Origin: a virus
Taxonomy: Duplodnaviria > Caudoviricetes
Length of the DNA: 30,947 nt
Strand: one strand, 5' to 3'
IMG/VR virus record: IMGVR_UViG_3300026196_000018
Coordinates: 1-30,947 of that record
The position numbers and the translations under genes were made by a program. Shown here in pieces: positions 15,127 to 23,415 of the stretch. The notes under the pieces are model-generated. The model worked only from the letters and a program-made list of their open reading frames with translations, was not told the DNA's origin and made no database searches. The stretch's first letter is position 1. Each line of letters begins with the position of its first letter.

Positions 15127-15592
15127 AGCCCACTATCGGGCAAACGCCAAGCGGTTAGTTAAGCAACTCACCATTAAAAGCCGAGGGGTGCATAACGCCG
15201 AAGACATTGTACAGGATATGTACACTAATGCATTGACTTATTGGCGGTCTTTTAATGCTACAAAGGCGTCTCTGAATACTTGGTTAATGGAAATAATGAA
15301 TAATGCAGCCAAGGACCATATGACCAAGGAGAAAATGCACGGGGCTCTCGGGAATACGGATGACAAGATTGTACCCGATGAGACGATTAATCCCGCCGCT
15401 GATGCTAGACTAGAGTTGAATGATATAAAGCGGCACCTTCTAACGAAGCGTGGGCAGACCCGTGCTATTTTGGTGGCGGCTTTGATAGAGCAGGCGCCTT
15501 ATAATGATATCGCCGCGCAGTTCGGTATTAATGAAAAGGCCGTTAAGCAGTCAGTATGGCGCTTTCGGGAGGAATTGCGAAATGCAGAATGA
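15083..15592 (+). CDS. phage-encoded ECF/sigma70-family sigma factor
   Basis: Region 2 AEDIVQD...F.....LNTWL; region 4 HTH YNDIAAQFGINEKAVKQSVWRFR; start may be 15089. Confidence 0.85.
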   Translation: MCMFSSKTEAYKVIEAHYRANAKRLVKQLTIKSRGVHNAEDIVQDMYTNALTYWRSFNATKASLNTWLMEIMNNAAKDHMTKEKMHGALGNTDDKIVPDETINPAADARLELNDIKRHLLTKRGQTRAILVAALIEQAPYNDIAAQFGINEKAVKQSVWRFREELRNAE

Positions 15593-15836
15593 AAAATTCG
15601 TTAAAGCGGCAGTCCGGGATGCATTCGGAAAACAATGGGAAATTATTCCCCCTAATCGTGCAATGGTTCCGCACTTAACGGCGCAACAGATACATATTGC
15701 TGTTCAGGAATTCCTTTCCGAGGCCGACCGAAAAGCTGGTAAGGTGTTGGACCCGATTGATTTTCAGAACACCTTGACGGAACCGCAGGTGCGCCGGCTA
15801 CTCCAAATGCGTCGTGAGCGTTTGGCTGTCACATGA
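15582..15836 (+). CDS. hypothetical protein, 84 aa
   Basis: GGAGG SD before ATG 15582; ATGA-coupled to the polymerase. Confidence 0.65.
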   Translation: MQNEKFVKAAVRDAFGKQWEIIPPNRAMVPHLTAQQIHIAVQEFLSEADRKAGKVLDPIDFQNTLTEPQVRRLLQMRRERLAVT

Positions 15837-17713
15837 GGGTTGCAACCTTTGACATAGAAACTAATGGTTTCTTGCCTGAGCTTGACCGCATCTGGTGTGC
15901 GGCTGTCAAGGAGCATGGCCAAGACCAGGTGGTGACTTTCGATCCGCGGAACATCCATGAGTTACCTAAGTATCTGGAGCAATTCGATGTACTCATCGGC
16001 CACAATGCAATCCAGTTCGACTTCCCTGCGCTGCGAAAAGTGTATGGATGGGAGTATAAAGGCAAGAAAGTTGACACCCTCCTTATTTCTCGTCTACAAC
16101 GCCCCACCCGTCGGTGGCCCCCTCATGCTAAAGGCCGAGGGAAGAGTGGCCCCCATTCAGTACAGGCTTGGGGCTGGCGTGTCGGACGGGGTAAGGTGGT
16201 GCATGAGGAATGGGACCGGTTCACCCCCGAGATGCTACACCGGTGCTCTGAAGACGTCGAGATCCAGTGCCTCATCTATGCTGAACTACTTAAGGAGGGA
16301 CGCGGAGAGGGATGGACTGCGGCTCACAAGCTCAATTTCAAGTTGTTCGAGAACCTCCAGAACCAGGAGGAATACGGATGGTACGTGGATCAGGTACACA
16401 TTGATCGCTGTCTCTATGTTCTTGAGCGCTGGATTGGGCTTATTGATCGGGCTGTTGCACCATATCTTCCTCTAAGGATCGAAGTACAAGAGAGCAAGAA
16501 GGAAGGGCAGTACAACTATATCAAGAAGCCGTTCAAGCAAGACGGCCATTATTCGGCAGCCGTTACTAAATGGCTGTCCGATAAGCCCGGTATTAATATA
16601 GCCGGGCCCTTCAGTCGGGTGTGGTTTCGTCCGACTGACCTTAACTCTAACATGGAGGTTAAGGCATTTCTATTGGAAGCCGGCTGGCAACCTGCCGAGT
16701 GGAATACCAACAATGACGGGGAACGGACGAGCCCGAAGCTCAGTAAAGATGACCCTTTCGAGGGGATCAATGGAGCCCTAGGTCGTTTGGTAGCTCGGCG
16801 GGTCCAGTGTCGTCAGCGTAAATCAATCATTGAGGGGTGGCGTGAGCTTGTACGAGAGGATGGACGCATCCCGTCTAGAGTGGTGGGGCTAGCCGCCACG
16901 GGCCGAGCTCGCCATACGAATATCGTTAACGTGCCCTCGCCTCATTCCAAGGCCTTCTTTGCCAAGTGGATGCGACAGATCTTTACTACCCAACCAGGTT
17001 GGGTCTTGGTCGGGGTGGATAGTAAGGGTAATCAGATCCGGCAGCTAGCCGCCAGAATGGGAGATAAGGAGTTTACACATGCGGTCCTTCACGGCAACCA
17101 AGAGGATGGGACCGATCTCCATTCTCTTAATCAGAAACGTTCTGGAGCACCGAGTCGTTCACGGGCTAAGAATTTCTTTTATGGCTTCATCTTTGGAGCT
17201 GGTGATGAAAAGATCGGCAAGGTTATCGACGGCGATGCCGCAGCCGGGCGTAAGTTACGCGAGACGTACCTCAATGAGTTGCCCGCACTTCGGACCCTGA
17301 TCGACAACCTTACTACTGAATGGCGGAGGACAGCTAAGAAGTGGTACAATAAGAAATGGGGGAGAATGGAATACTCCGACGGTTGGATCAAGGGTCTAGA
17401 TGGCCGGCCGATCCTAGTCGAGAGCCCGCATAAACTACTGTGTTATACGTTGCAGAGTGACGAGGCTATCCAGATGGCCGCAGCCTACAATATATGGCAT
17501 AAGTGGATGAATGAGCGGTGGCCCTATCGTAAGATGTGGGGTACGGTGATATGGATGCATGATGAATGGCAGTTCGAGTGCGTCCCCGAGATTGCGGAAG
17601 AGGCGGCGATGCTGGCCTGTGCCGCAATTAAATGGGCAGGTGCGTATTACAAAATCGCTTGCCCACATGATGGAGACTACCAGATTGGAAGGAACTGGTA
17701 TGAAACTCATTAA
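15833..17713 (+). CDS. family A DNA polymerase with 3'-5' exonuclease (T7-like)
   Basis: ExoI FDIETNG, ExoII HNAIQFD; motif A GVDSKGNQIR, motif B RAKNFFYGFIFG, motif C HDE. Confidence 0.96.
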   Translation: MRVATFDIETNGFLPELDRIWCAAVKEHGQDQVVTFDPRNIHELPKYLEQFDVLIGHNAIQFDFPALRKVYGWEYKGKKVDTLLISRLQRPTRRWPPHAKGRGKSGPHSVQAWGWRVGRGKVVHEEWDRFTPEMLHRCSEDVEIQCLIYAELLKEGRGEGWTAAHKLNFKLFENLQNQEEYGWYVDQVHIDRCLYVLERWIGLIDRAVAPYLPLRIEVQESKKEGQYNYIKKPFKQDGHYSAAVTKWLSDKPGINIAGPFSRVWFRPTDLNSNMEVKAFLLEAGWQPAEWNTNNDGERTSPKLSKDDPFEGINGALGRLVARRVQCRQRKSIIEGWRELVREDGRIPSRVVGLAATGRARHTNIVNVPSPHSKAFFAKWMRQIFTTQPGWVLVGVDSKGNQIRQLAARMGDKEFTHAVLHGNQEDGTDLHSLNQKRSGAPSRSRAKNFFYGFIFGAGDEKIGKVIDGDAAAGRKLRETYLNELPALRTLIDNLTTEWRRTAKKWYNKKWGRMEYSDGWIKGLDGRPILVESPHKLLCYTLQSDEAIQMAAAYNIWHKWMNERWPYRKMWGTVIWMHDEWQFECVPEIAEEAAMLACAAIKWAGAYYKIACPHDGDYQIGRNWYETH

Positions 17714-17819
17714 AGAGACGTTGCAATTTTGCGCCCTCGTTATTGGCATTGCTTGTATCGTGGTACTGTTTGGCGCTTTATTCTCTGCATCTTCACACTC
17801 TATCCAGTCTGTATTATAA
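17700..17819 (+). CDS. small single-TM protein, 39 aa
   Basis: AAGGA upstream of ATG 17700; hydrophobic segment. Confidence 0.45.
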   Translation: MKLIKETLQFCALVIGIACIVVLFGALFSASSHSIQSVL

Positions 17820-17835
17820 GGAAGGAAAAAAAACA

Positions 17836-18516
17836 ATGGGACTTAACGCTAATAATGTGCCTTTTACCGGTGGCGGTAACACGCCGCCCATGGACAGTGG
17901 CACGTACCCTGCTCGTCTGGTGCAGGTGATCGACCTAGGGCTTCAGGCTCAGCGCCCCTATCAGGGGCAGGATAAGCCACCGGCCCGGGAGATTGCCCTA
18001 ACCTATGAGTTTCCCACGGTGTTCATGCAGGATGAGGATGGCCAGGATCTCGAGGACAAGCCCCGGTGGCTGACCGAGCTGATCCCGCTGCACAACCTCA
18101 AGTCTGATCGGGCCCGTTCCACCAAGCGCTACAAGGCGCTCGATCCCAAGGGTGAGGCGGCCGGCGATTTCGCTGTGCTGGTCAACACTCCAGTCATGGT
18201 GAACGTGGTTCAGAACCCCGGCAAGGGCGCCAACAAGGGGAAGGTGTACGAGAACATCAATGAGGTCATGCCATTCCCGAAAGGTATGACTGTCGGAGAG
18301 CTAGCCAACAGCCCTCGGGTGTTCGACTTGGATGCGCCTGATGTTGAGGTCTTCATGGCATTACCTAAGTTTATTCAGGAGAAGATCACCAGCAATCTGG
18401 AGTTTGAGGGGAGTGGCCTTCAGGCTTTGATTAAGGATGCGAAGGTGTCGCAACCTAGCAAGGACGACGCCACCCCTAGCAAGACGGGGGCCGATGCCGA
18501 TGAAAACCCATTCTGA
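17836..18516 (+). CDS. putative single-stranded DNA-binding / replication accessory protein
   Basis: GTYPARLVQVIDLGLQ N-terminal pattern; acidic C-tail ending DADENPF as in SSB tails; next to the polymerase; strong codon bias. Confidence 0.7.
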   Translation: MGLNANNVPFTGGGNTPPMDSGTYPARLVQVIDLGLQAQRPYQGQDKPPAREIALTYEFPTVFMQDEDGQDLEDKPRWLTELIPLHNLKSDRARSTKRYKALDPKGEAAGDFAVLVNTPVMVNVVQNPGKGANKGKVYENINEVMPFPKGMTVGELANSPRVFDLDAPDVEVFMALPKFIQEKITSNLEFEGSGLQALIKDAKVSQPSKDDATPSKTGADADENPF

Positions 18517-18519
18517 AGG

Positions 18520-18702
18520 ATGCGGGTGTGGCAAATCAAAAGAGGACGTTGCGACTGTCCCTACTGTAAAGGACGTCGTGATCTCCACCCCTGGGCCTTT
18601 TTCCGGTTCCTCAAAAGAGCAGGAGACCGACCAAAAGCCTGGGTCGATAACGACTACATCTTTATCAAAGTAGAGAGGGAGAGCCATGCGTCCCTTAATT
18701 GA
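18520..18702 (+). CDS. small hypothetical protein with CxCxxC
   Basis: Fills the gap between the SSB-like and exonuclease genes. Confidence 0.4.
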   Translation: MRVWQIKRGRCDCPYCKGRRDLHPWAFFRFLKRAGDRPKAWVDNDYIFIKVERESHASLN

Positions 18703-19489
18703 CGGGGACGTTCTCCGATACGAGATCGGGTTCGCTGCCGAGACGGGGTGGAGGGCGATGAAGCAGGACGATGAGGCCCTCCCACCGTTCGACTACGTTC
18801 GCGACATGTTGGAGCAACGTCTCGATCAGATTTGCTGGGCGGTCGGGGCCACAGAGAGCCCATGCCTCTTCATCACAGAGGGGCGCACATTCCGCTACGA
18901 TCTTGCCAAGACGCTGCCATATAAGGGTACGCGCAAGGATAAGAAACCGTGGCATTTCAGAAACTTAACCAATCATATGGTCAACGTGATAGGGGCACAA
19001 GTCGTCACCTATCTGGAGGCCGATGATGCCATTACGATAGAGCACGTCAATAGCCCGGATGAAACCGTTATTGTCACCCGGGACAAGGATCTACGGCAGG
19101 TACCGGGATGGCTCTATCAATGGGAGTTAGGAAACCAACCGGAGTTTGGTCCAGCCTTAATCACTAAGGAGGGACACCTACGGCTTTCGTCTGATCGCAA
19201 GCGGATCAGCGGAACCGGACTACCTTACTTCTACTCGCAATGCCTGACAGGCGACCGGGTAGACAATATCCCTGGCGTCAAGGATTACGGTCCAGTGCGG
19301 ACTTTCGAGGCGCTTGGGGGCTGCGAGACCCTGCAACACTATCTCGATACGGTGATCGAGGTTTACCAAGTTGAGTGCGGGGATGAGTGGGAGGAATACC
19401 TGACTGAACAGGGGCGCCTCCTGTGGATGACACGGCACCTAACACAGGATTACACTCCGGTGCTGTGGGAAATTGGCATGGAGGAATAA
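18686..19489 (+). CDS. 5'-3' exonuclease / flap nuclease (T7 gp6-like)
   Basis: LIDGD, FR..LA...YKGTR, EADD, DKDL, GD.VDNIPGV. Confidence 0.93.
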   Translation: MRPLIDGDVLRYEIGFAAETGWRAMKQDDEALPPFDYVRDMLEQRLDQICWAVGATESPCLFITEGRTFRYDLAKTLPYKGTRKDKKPWHFRNLTNHMVNVIGAQVVTYLEADDAITIEHVNSPDETVIVTRDKDLRQVPGWLYQWELGNQPEFGPALITKEGHLRLSSDRKRISGTGLPYFYSQCLTGDRVDNIPGVKDYGPVRTFEALGGCETLQHYLDTVIEVYQVECGDEWEEYLTEQGRLLWMTRHLTQDYTPVLWEIGMEE

Positions 19490-19492
19490 TAC

Positions 19493-20236
19493 ATGCGTTT
19501 CATCACCAGTTTGCTGGTGGCTCTGGCTTTTCTGGCTGGACCAGCAGCGGCTTCTGATCTAACCCCTAAGCAGGCCGGCGAGCTGTTAGCGTTGTCGGTA
19601 GTCAAGCTGACGGGTAGCTCTAGCGACCAGGCCAACTGCACAGGCTCTATGATTGGGGACAAGTTGTTCCTGTCGGCGGGACACTGTGCTGGCATCTTCG
19701 TTAGTGGCAATGGCCGTATCCGGTCTAAAGAGGGATACGACTGGGTGGGCGTGAAGTCGTTCACTCTTACCACTCAGAAGAAGGCAGACGGTAAGCGTTA
19801 CGAGGATTGGCTGTTGCTCAACTCAACGGACAATCTCGATGGCGTAGAGCCGCTGACACTCGGCTGTACCGATACAGTCTATGTCGGAATGCCGATTGCC
19901 TATGCTGGTTACCCGGCACCTATCGAGTATGGCATGGGGCTCGGACACATCATGTCCGTTAATCCGGTCCATACGTATTTCAATAACCTAGATTTTGTGA
20001 TCGACGTCCACGCTGCCCCTGGGGCTAGCGGGTCGCCAGTGATCAATCTGGAAACAGGCCATGTCATCGGTGTCTTGACCGAAGGTGTGCCCAGCCGAGT
20101 TGGCTTCTTCGCCGTGGGGATCGAACATATCTCTAATCTCGATCTTTGCGATGAGGCGATTGCCAAGGAAAAGAAAGCGGATGAAGGGGGTGATCCTGTT
20201 CTCGGCAATCCGGACGAGCTTGCTAGTCCGTTTTAA
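19493..20236 (+). CDS. secreted trypsin-like serine protease
   Basis: Sec-type signal peptide MRFITSLLVALAFLAGPAAA; SAGHC (His), EDW (candidate Asp), GASGSP (Ser). Confidence 0.88.
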   Translation: MRFITSLLVALAFLAGPAAASDLTPKQAGELLALSVVKLTGSSSDQANCTGSMIGDKLFLSAGHCAGIFVSGNGRIRSKEGYDWVGVKSFTLTTQKKADGKRYEDWLLLNSTDNLDGVEPLTLGCTDTVYVGMPIAYAGYPAPIEYGMGLGHIMSVNPVHTYFNNLDFVIDVHAAPGASGSPVINLETGHVIGVLTEGVPSRVGFFAVGIEHISNLDLCDEAIAKEKKADEGGDPVLGNPDELASPF

Positions 20237-20637
20237 TGGCGAAGGAGAAGCCGTATAACGGAGGTCAATGGACCGTTGCACGGTTCCACTCCTTCATCAA
20301 GTCGGCATTGCGCGGGGCCTCCAAGAGATGGGGGCCCCGGCATGAAGCCAAACGGGCAGCGCGAGTGGAACGTGGGGTATATATGTGCGCCGGATATAAA
20401 CGCAAGCCGCACAAGGTACCTGCGTCGCTACCACCCGCGGAAGGTAAAACAAGGAGGATAGACAACGCTGTTGTAGACCATATCAATCCTGTGATTGATC
20501 CAGAAGTAGGCTTTACTACGTGGGATGACGTGATCGAGCGTCTGTTCTGCGAAGCCGATGGTTTGCAGGTACTATGCCACGCTTGCCATCAACTAAAAAC
20601 AAAAGACGAAAGGGCAAAGCGTAATGGAAAACGATAA
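20236..20637 (+). CDS. HNH endonuclease
   Basis: VDHINPV and LQVLCHACHQLKT. Confidence 0.88.
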   Translation: MAKEKPYNGGQWTVARFHSFIKSALRGASKRWGPRHEAKRAARVERGVYMCAGYKRKPHKVPASLPPAEGKTRRIDNAVVDHINPVIDPEVGFTTWDDVIERLFCEADGLQVLCHACHQLKTKDERAKRNGKR

Positions 20638-20881
20638 CGTTACGGTCCTATACGACGTTAACCAGCTTATCGAAGCTGTGGCAGACGAGCTAGCCACGGT
20701 ATACTTCGAGAATACCGACGACAACAATAACACTAACACTGCTGGTCTGAAGACCATGCAGGATACTATGGAGGGCCTGCCCTTGACAGTGAGGGCGCCG
20801 GTCTTTGCGCTGTTCCTCACTAAACTCCAGGAGGCCGGTGTAGATTACGATACATCTGAATTTGAGGTACGGTATCACTAA
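20624..20881 (+). CDS. acidic hypothetical protein, 85 aa
   Basis: Packed ORF; TAATG coupling to the next gene. Confidence 0.65.
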   Translation: MENDNVTVLYDVNQLIEAVADELATVYFENTDDNNNTNTAGLKTMQDTMEGLPLTVRAPVFALFLTKLQEAGVDYDTSEFEVRYH

Positions 20882-21636
20882 TGAAAATACTTCTACTTGA
20901 TATTGAGACCGCTCCTCATCGAGTGTACGCCTGGGGTCTATGGGATCAGAACATTGCTCTGAACCAAATCGAAGAGCCAGGCTATACCATGAGTTGGGCG
21001 GCGAAGTGGTTGGACAAAAAGTCCATCCAATTCATGGGTCTGAACAAACATAGCAAGGAGGATATGATCGAGGGCATCTACGACTTGGTGGATGCGGCGG
21101 ACGTGGTAGTCCACTATAATGGCACCAAGTTTGATATGCCTACGCTGAACCAGGAGTTTGCTCTCCTGGGACTATCCAAGCCATCCCCGTACAAGCAGGT
21201 GGACTTGCTTCGAACAGTGCGGAAACAGTTCCGACTGCCTAGTAATAAGCTGAGCTATGTCTCTATGTACCTGGGCCTGGGCGATAAGACCCAGCACAAG
21301 GGCATGGGGCTGTGGCGTGAGTGTATGGCTGGCGATCCCCGGGCTTGGAAGACCATGGAGACGTACAACAAGCAGGATGTTGTGCTTCTTGAGAAGATGT
21401 ACAATAAGCTTAAGCCGTGGATCGACGGCCATCCCAACGTAGCCCTGTACGATGGGGATGAGACTGTGCGTTGCCCCCGTTGTGGTGGGACGCATTTGCA
21501 GAAGCGAGGTTACGCCTATACCCCGACCATGAAGTACCAGCAGTACCATTGTCAGGACTGCGGGGCATGGAGCCGGGCACGCCTTAACTCCATGGAGAAG
21601 GAGAAGCGGGCGAGCATCTTGGTAGAAGCGAAGTGA
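20881..21636 (+). CDS. DEDD/RNase H-like 3'-5' exonuclease with C-terminal zinc ribbon
   Basis: LDIET, HYNGTKFD, YNKQDV; CPRC...CQDC. Confidence 0.88.
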   Translation: MKILLLDIETAPHRVYAWGLWDQNIALNQIEEPGYTMSWAAKWLDKKSIQFMGLNKHSKEDMIEGIYDLVDAADVVVHYNGTKFDMPTLNQEFALLGLSKPSPYKQVDLLRTVRKQFRLPSNKLSYVSMYLGLGDKTQHKGMGLWRECMAGDPRAWKTMETYNKQDVVLLEKMYNKLKPWIDGHPNVALYDGDETVRCPRCGGTHLQKRGYAYTPTMKYQQYHCQDCGAWSRARLNSMEKEKRASILVEAK

Positions 21637-21869
21637 TATCGCTACTGGGATGGCTAGGAATGGTGCTGGTGGTGGCGACGGTCTGGCAGTTATCTGCCGG
21701 CCGCACCACTTCCGGCAACCTCCTAAACCTAGCGGCTTGTACAGCATGGGCTGTAGTGGCTATGAACACCGAGCAGTGGTCGCTTCTTTCGTTGCAAGTG
21801 GTCCTGTTCCTGCGCTCGATTTACATACTTGGGAGAGACTATGCCGTATATCGTACAAGAGCGCCGTAA
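21633..21869 (+). CDS. small three-TM membrane protein
   Basis: Three hydrophobic segments with GWLG and W...A patterns, reminiscent of half-PnuC/SemiSWEET-like phage proteins. Confidence 0.6.
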   Translation: MISLLGWLGMVLVVATVWQLSAGRTTSGNLLNLAACTAWAVVAMNTEQWSLLSLQVVLFLRSIYILGRDYAVYRTRAP

Positions 21870-22155
21870 AAGCATCAGCGAGATCGGCGATATTGATAAT
21901 GCCGGGGAGCTGAATTGGTATATCAGTGAACTGATTGGCTGGTATATTGAGCAGAAGGGATATAAATATGCGACGCTGAATGAGGCCATTGGGGTTCTAG
22001 AGGCGGTTAAGCTAGAACTCTATGGTCGCGTTGTTCGGCCGTATGAGCTATTCAAGCAAGATCAAAACGGTGACCTGGCGGTCTACGAGGCACTTGATAG
22101 GAAGCTCGATAAGATACGGGAAGCCTGTAATAAATCGGAAGGAGAGGCAGTATGA
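21841..22155 (+). CDS. conserved phage protein (DUF6899-like)
   Basis: MPYI...R, GELNWYI, IGVLEAVKLELY.R...PYE..K...NGD pattern. Confidence 0.75.
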   Translation: MPYIVQERRKSISEIGDIDNAGELNWYISELIGWYIEQKGYKYATLNEAIGVLEAVKLELYGRVVRPYELFKQDQNGDLAVYEALDRKLDKIREACNKSEGEAV

Positions 22156-22622
22156 AACCTACAGTTTACTTGGCCGGCGCCATCGCGGGCCTAACTGAGA
22201 ATGAGGCTAACGATTGGCGCCACTATGTCGCGGAGCAGCTCGGGAAGCATGGCATCATCGGGGTCTCGCCGTTACGCTGTGAACCCCTTCATGGCGAGAC
22301 CTACAGTTTCAACTATCCGGACCCAAAGTTTGGTACCGCCCGGGCTATTGGGTCAAAGAACGTATATGATGTACGTAATTGTGACATGACCTTGGCCTTC
22401 TTGCCGGGGCCACGTGAGCGGCTCTCTATCGGTACGGTGTGCGAGCTGGCCGGGGCGCATTTCATCAACAAGCAGACTATCCTGGTATCGGATGATGAAT
22501 TTGTCCGTAGCCATCCGGTACTTGACGCGATGAGCGGATGGGTACTGGATAACCTGGATGATGCTATTGAAGTCTGTGTCGGCGTCCTCGGTGCCTATAC
22601 ACCGGGAGGTAAGAATGTCTGA
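22152..22622 (+). CDS. nucleoside 2-deoxyribosyltransferase / nucleotide N-glycosidase-like protein
   Basis: VYLAG, D...CD, GT..E motifs. Confidence 0.8.
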   Translation: MKPTVYLAGAIAGLTENEANDWRHYVAEQLGKHGIIGVSPLRCEPLHGETYSFNYPDPKFGTARAIGSKNVYDVRNCDMTLAFLPGPRERLSIGTVCELAGAHFINKQTILVSDDEFVRSHPVLDAMSGWVLDNLDDAIEVCVGVLGAYTPGGKNV

Positions 22623-22944
22623 GGGGGTCAAGTACGACAACGAAAAAGACCCGTGGCATCTAGCGCCTTGGGATGCCTTTAGGGCTATCGTCAAGGTGCT
22701 CGCCTTCGGGTCTAAAAAGTATGAAGCTCGGAATTGGGAAAAAGGAATGGCCTGGAGCCGTCCCTTTTCAGCGCTACAGCGTCACCTTACTGCGTGGTGG
22801 GAAGGTGACAGCACTGATCCAGAGACCGGGTTCTCCCATCTCTGGCATGCCGGGTGCTGTATCGTGTTTCTAATTTCCTATGAGATACGCGGGGTTGGTC
22901 AAGATGATCGACCCTACATCTCAGGGATTACCGGCAACGACTAA
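22615..22944 (+). CDS. dATP/dGTP diphosphohydrolase-like protein (DUF5664)
   Basis: GGAGG SD; GVKYD..K..W.L.P, FGSKKY..RNWEKG, RHL, DPETG.SHL.HA. Confidence 0.85.
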   Translation: MSEGVKYDNEKDPWHLAPWDAFRAIVKVLAFGSKKYEARNWEKGMAWSRPFSALQRHLTAWWEGDSTDPETGFSHLWHAGCCIVFLISYEIRGVGQDDRPYISGITGND

Positions 22945-22993
22945 ATAAAAAGGCGGAAGCAATCATGGAGAAATATCCAGATCCGCTTCCGCC
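22943..22993 (-). terminator. Rho-independent terminator between the convergent arms (possibly bidirectional)
   Basis: ggcggaagc (22952-22960)/gcttccgcc (22985-22993) stem with inner atc-tgga/tcca-gat; the A-tract on the left is a U-tract on the - strand. Confidence 0.75.
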
Positions 22994-23008
22994 CTTCACT
23001 GAGAAAGA

Positions 23009-23194
23009 CTAGTCTTCTACTTCGTAGAGCTCATCGATGTTAGCCATGAACCCAATAGGGCGCCGGTAGAATTTCTGCCGGCCTTTATTGGGTCTTTCCA
23101 TTAGTGGGGTGATTGTTCCGACACCCAGCGGAGATCCCCAGGCCATGTCGATGCCCTCTTCTACCTCATCATCATCGTAACTAGAAGGCCCCAT
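23009..23194 (-). CDS. hypothetical protein, 61 aa
   Basis: AAGGGA upstream of ATG; last gene before the terminator. Confidence 0.55.
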   Translation of the reverse strand: MGPSSYDDDEVEEGIDMAWGSPLGVGTITPLMERPNKGRQKFYRRPIGFMANIDELYEVED

Positions 23195-23415
23195 GCAAGC
23201 TTCCCTTTCAGTATGAGTGTGCTCAGGAGCGAGCCTCCAGCACCGAGCAACGCGGCGGCTCCCAAGAAATAACTCTGACGCTTCTCGACGGTACGCAAGC
23301 GTTGCTCTACCTTGGCATCATCGATAACATGTTGTGTGAAAGCTTGCTTAAGGTCATCCAACTTGCCGTCAATGCGGCCAAGGAGTATCAGGACATCCTT
23401 ATCCATTTCGGCCAT
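23161..23415 (-). CDS. coiled-coil plus C-terminal TM protein (XhlA/holin-like)
   Basis: LGRIDGKLD...RLRTVEK then a hydrophobic segment; follows the tail fibre gene. Confidence 0.6.
   Translation of the reverse strand: MAEMDKDVLILLGRIDGKLDDLKQAFTQHVIDDAKVEQRLRTVEKRQSYFLGAAALLGAGGSLLSTLILKGKLAWGLLVTMMMR

Noticed and set aside
12191-17860. TAATGT-like motifs (12191, 15082, 17853) as phage-sigma promoters
   Set aside because: Too short, few and inconsistently placed to support a consensus
22615-22944. Z-genome (2-aminoadenine) system suggested by DUF5664
   Set aside because: No PurZ or adenylosuccinate-synthetase-like gene in the window; DUF5664 alone is common in phages
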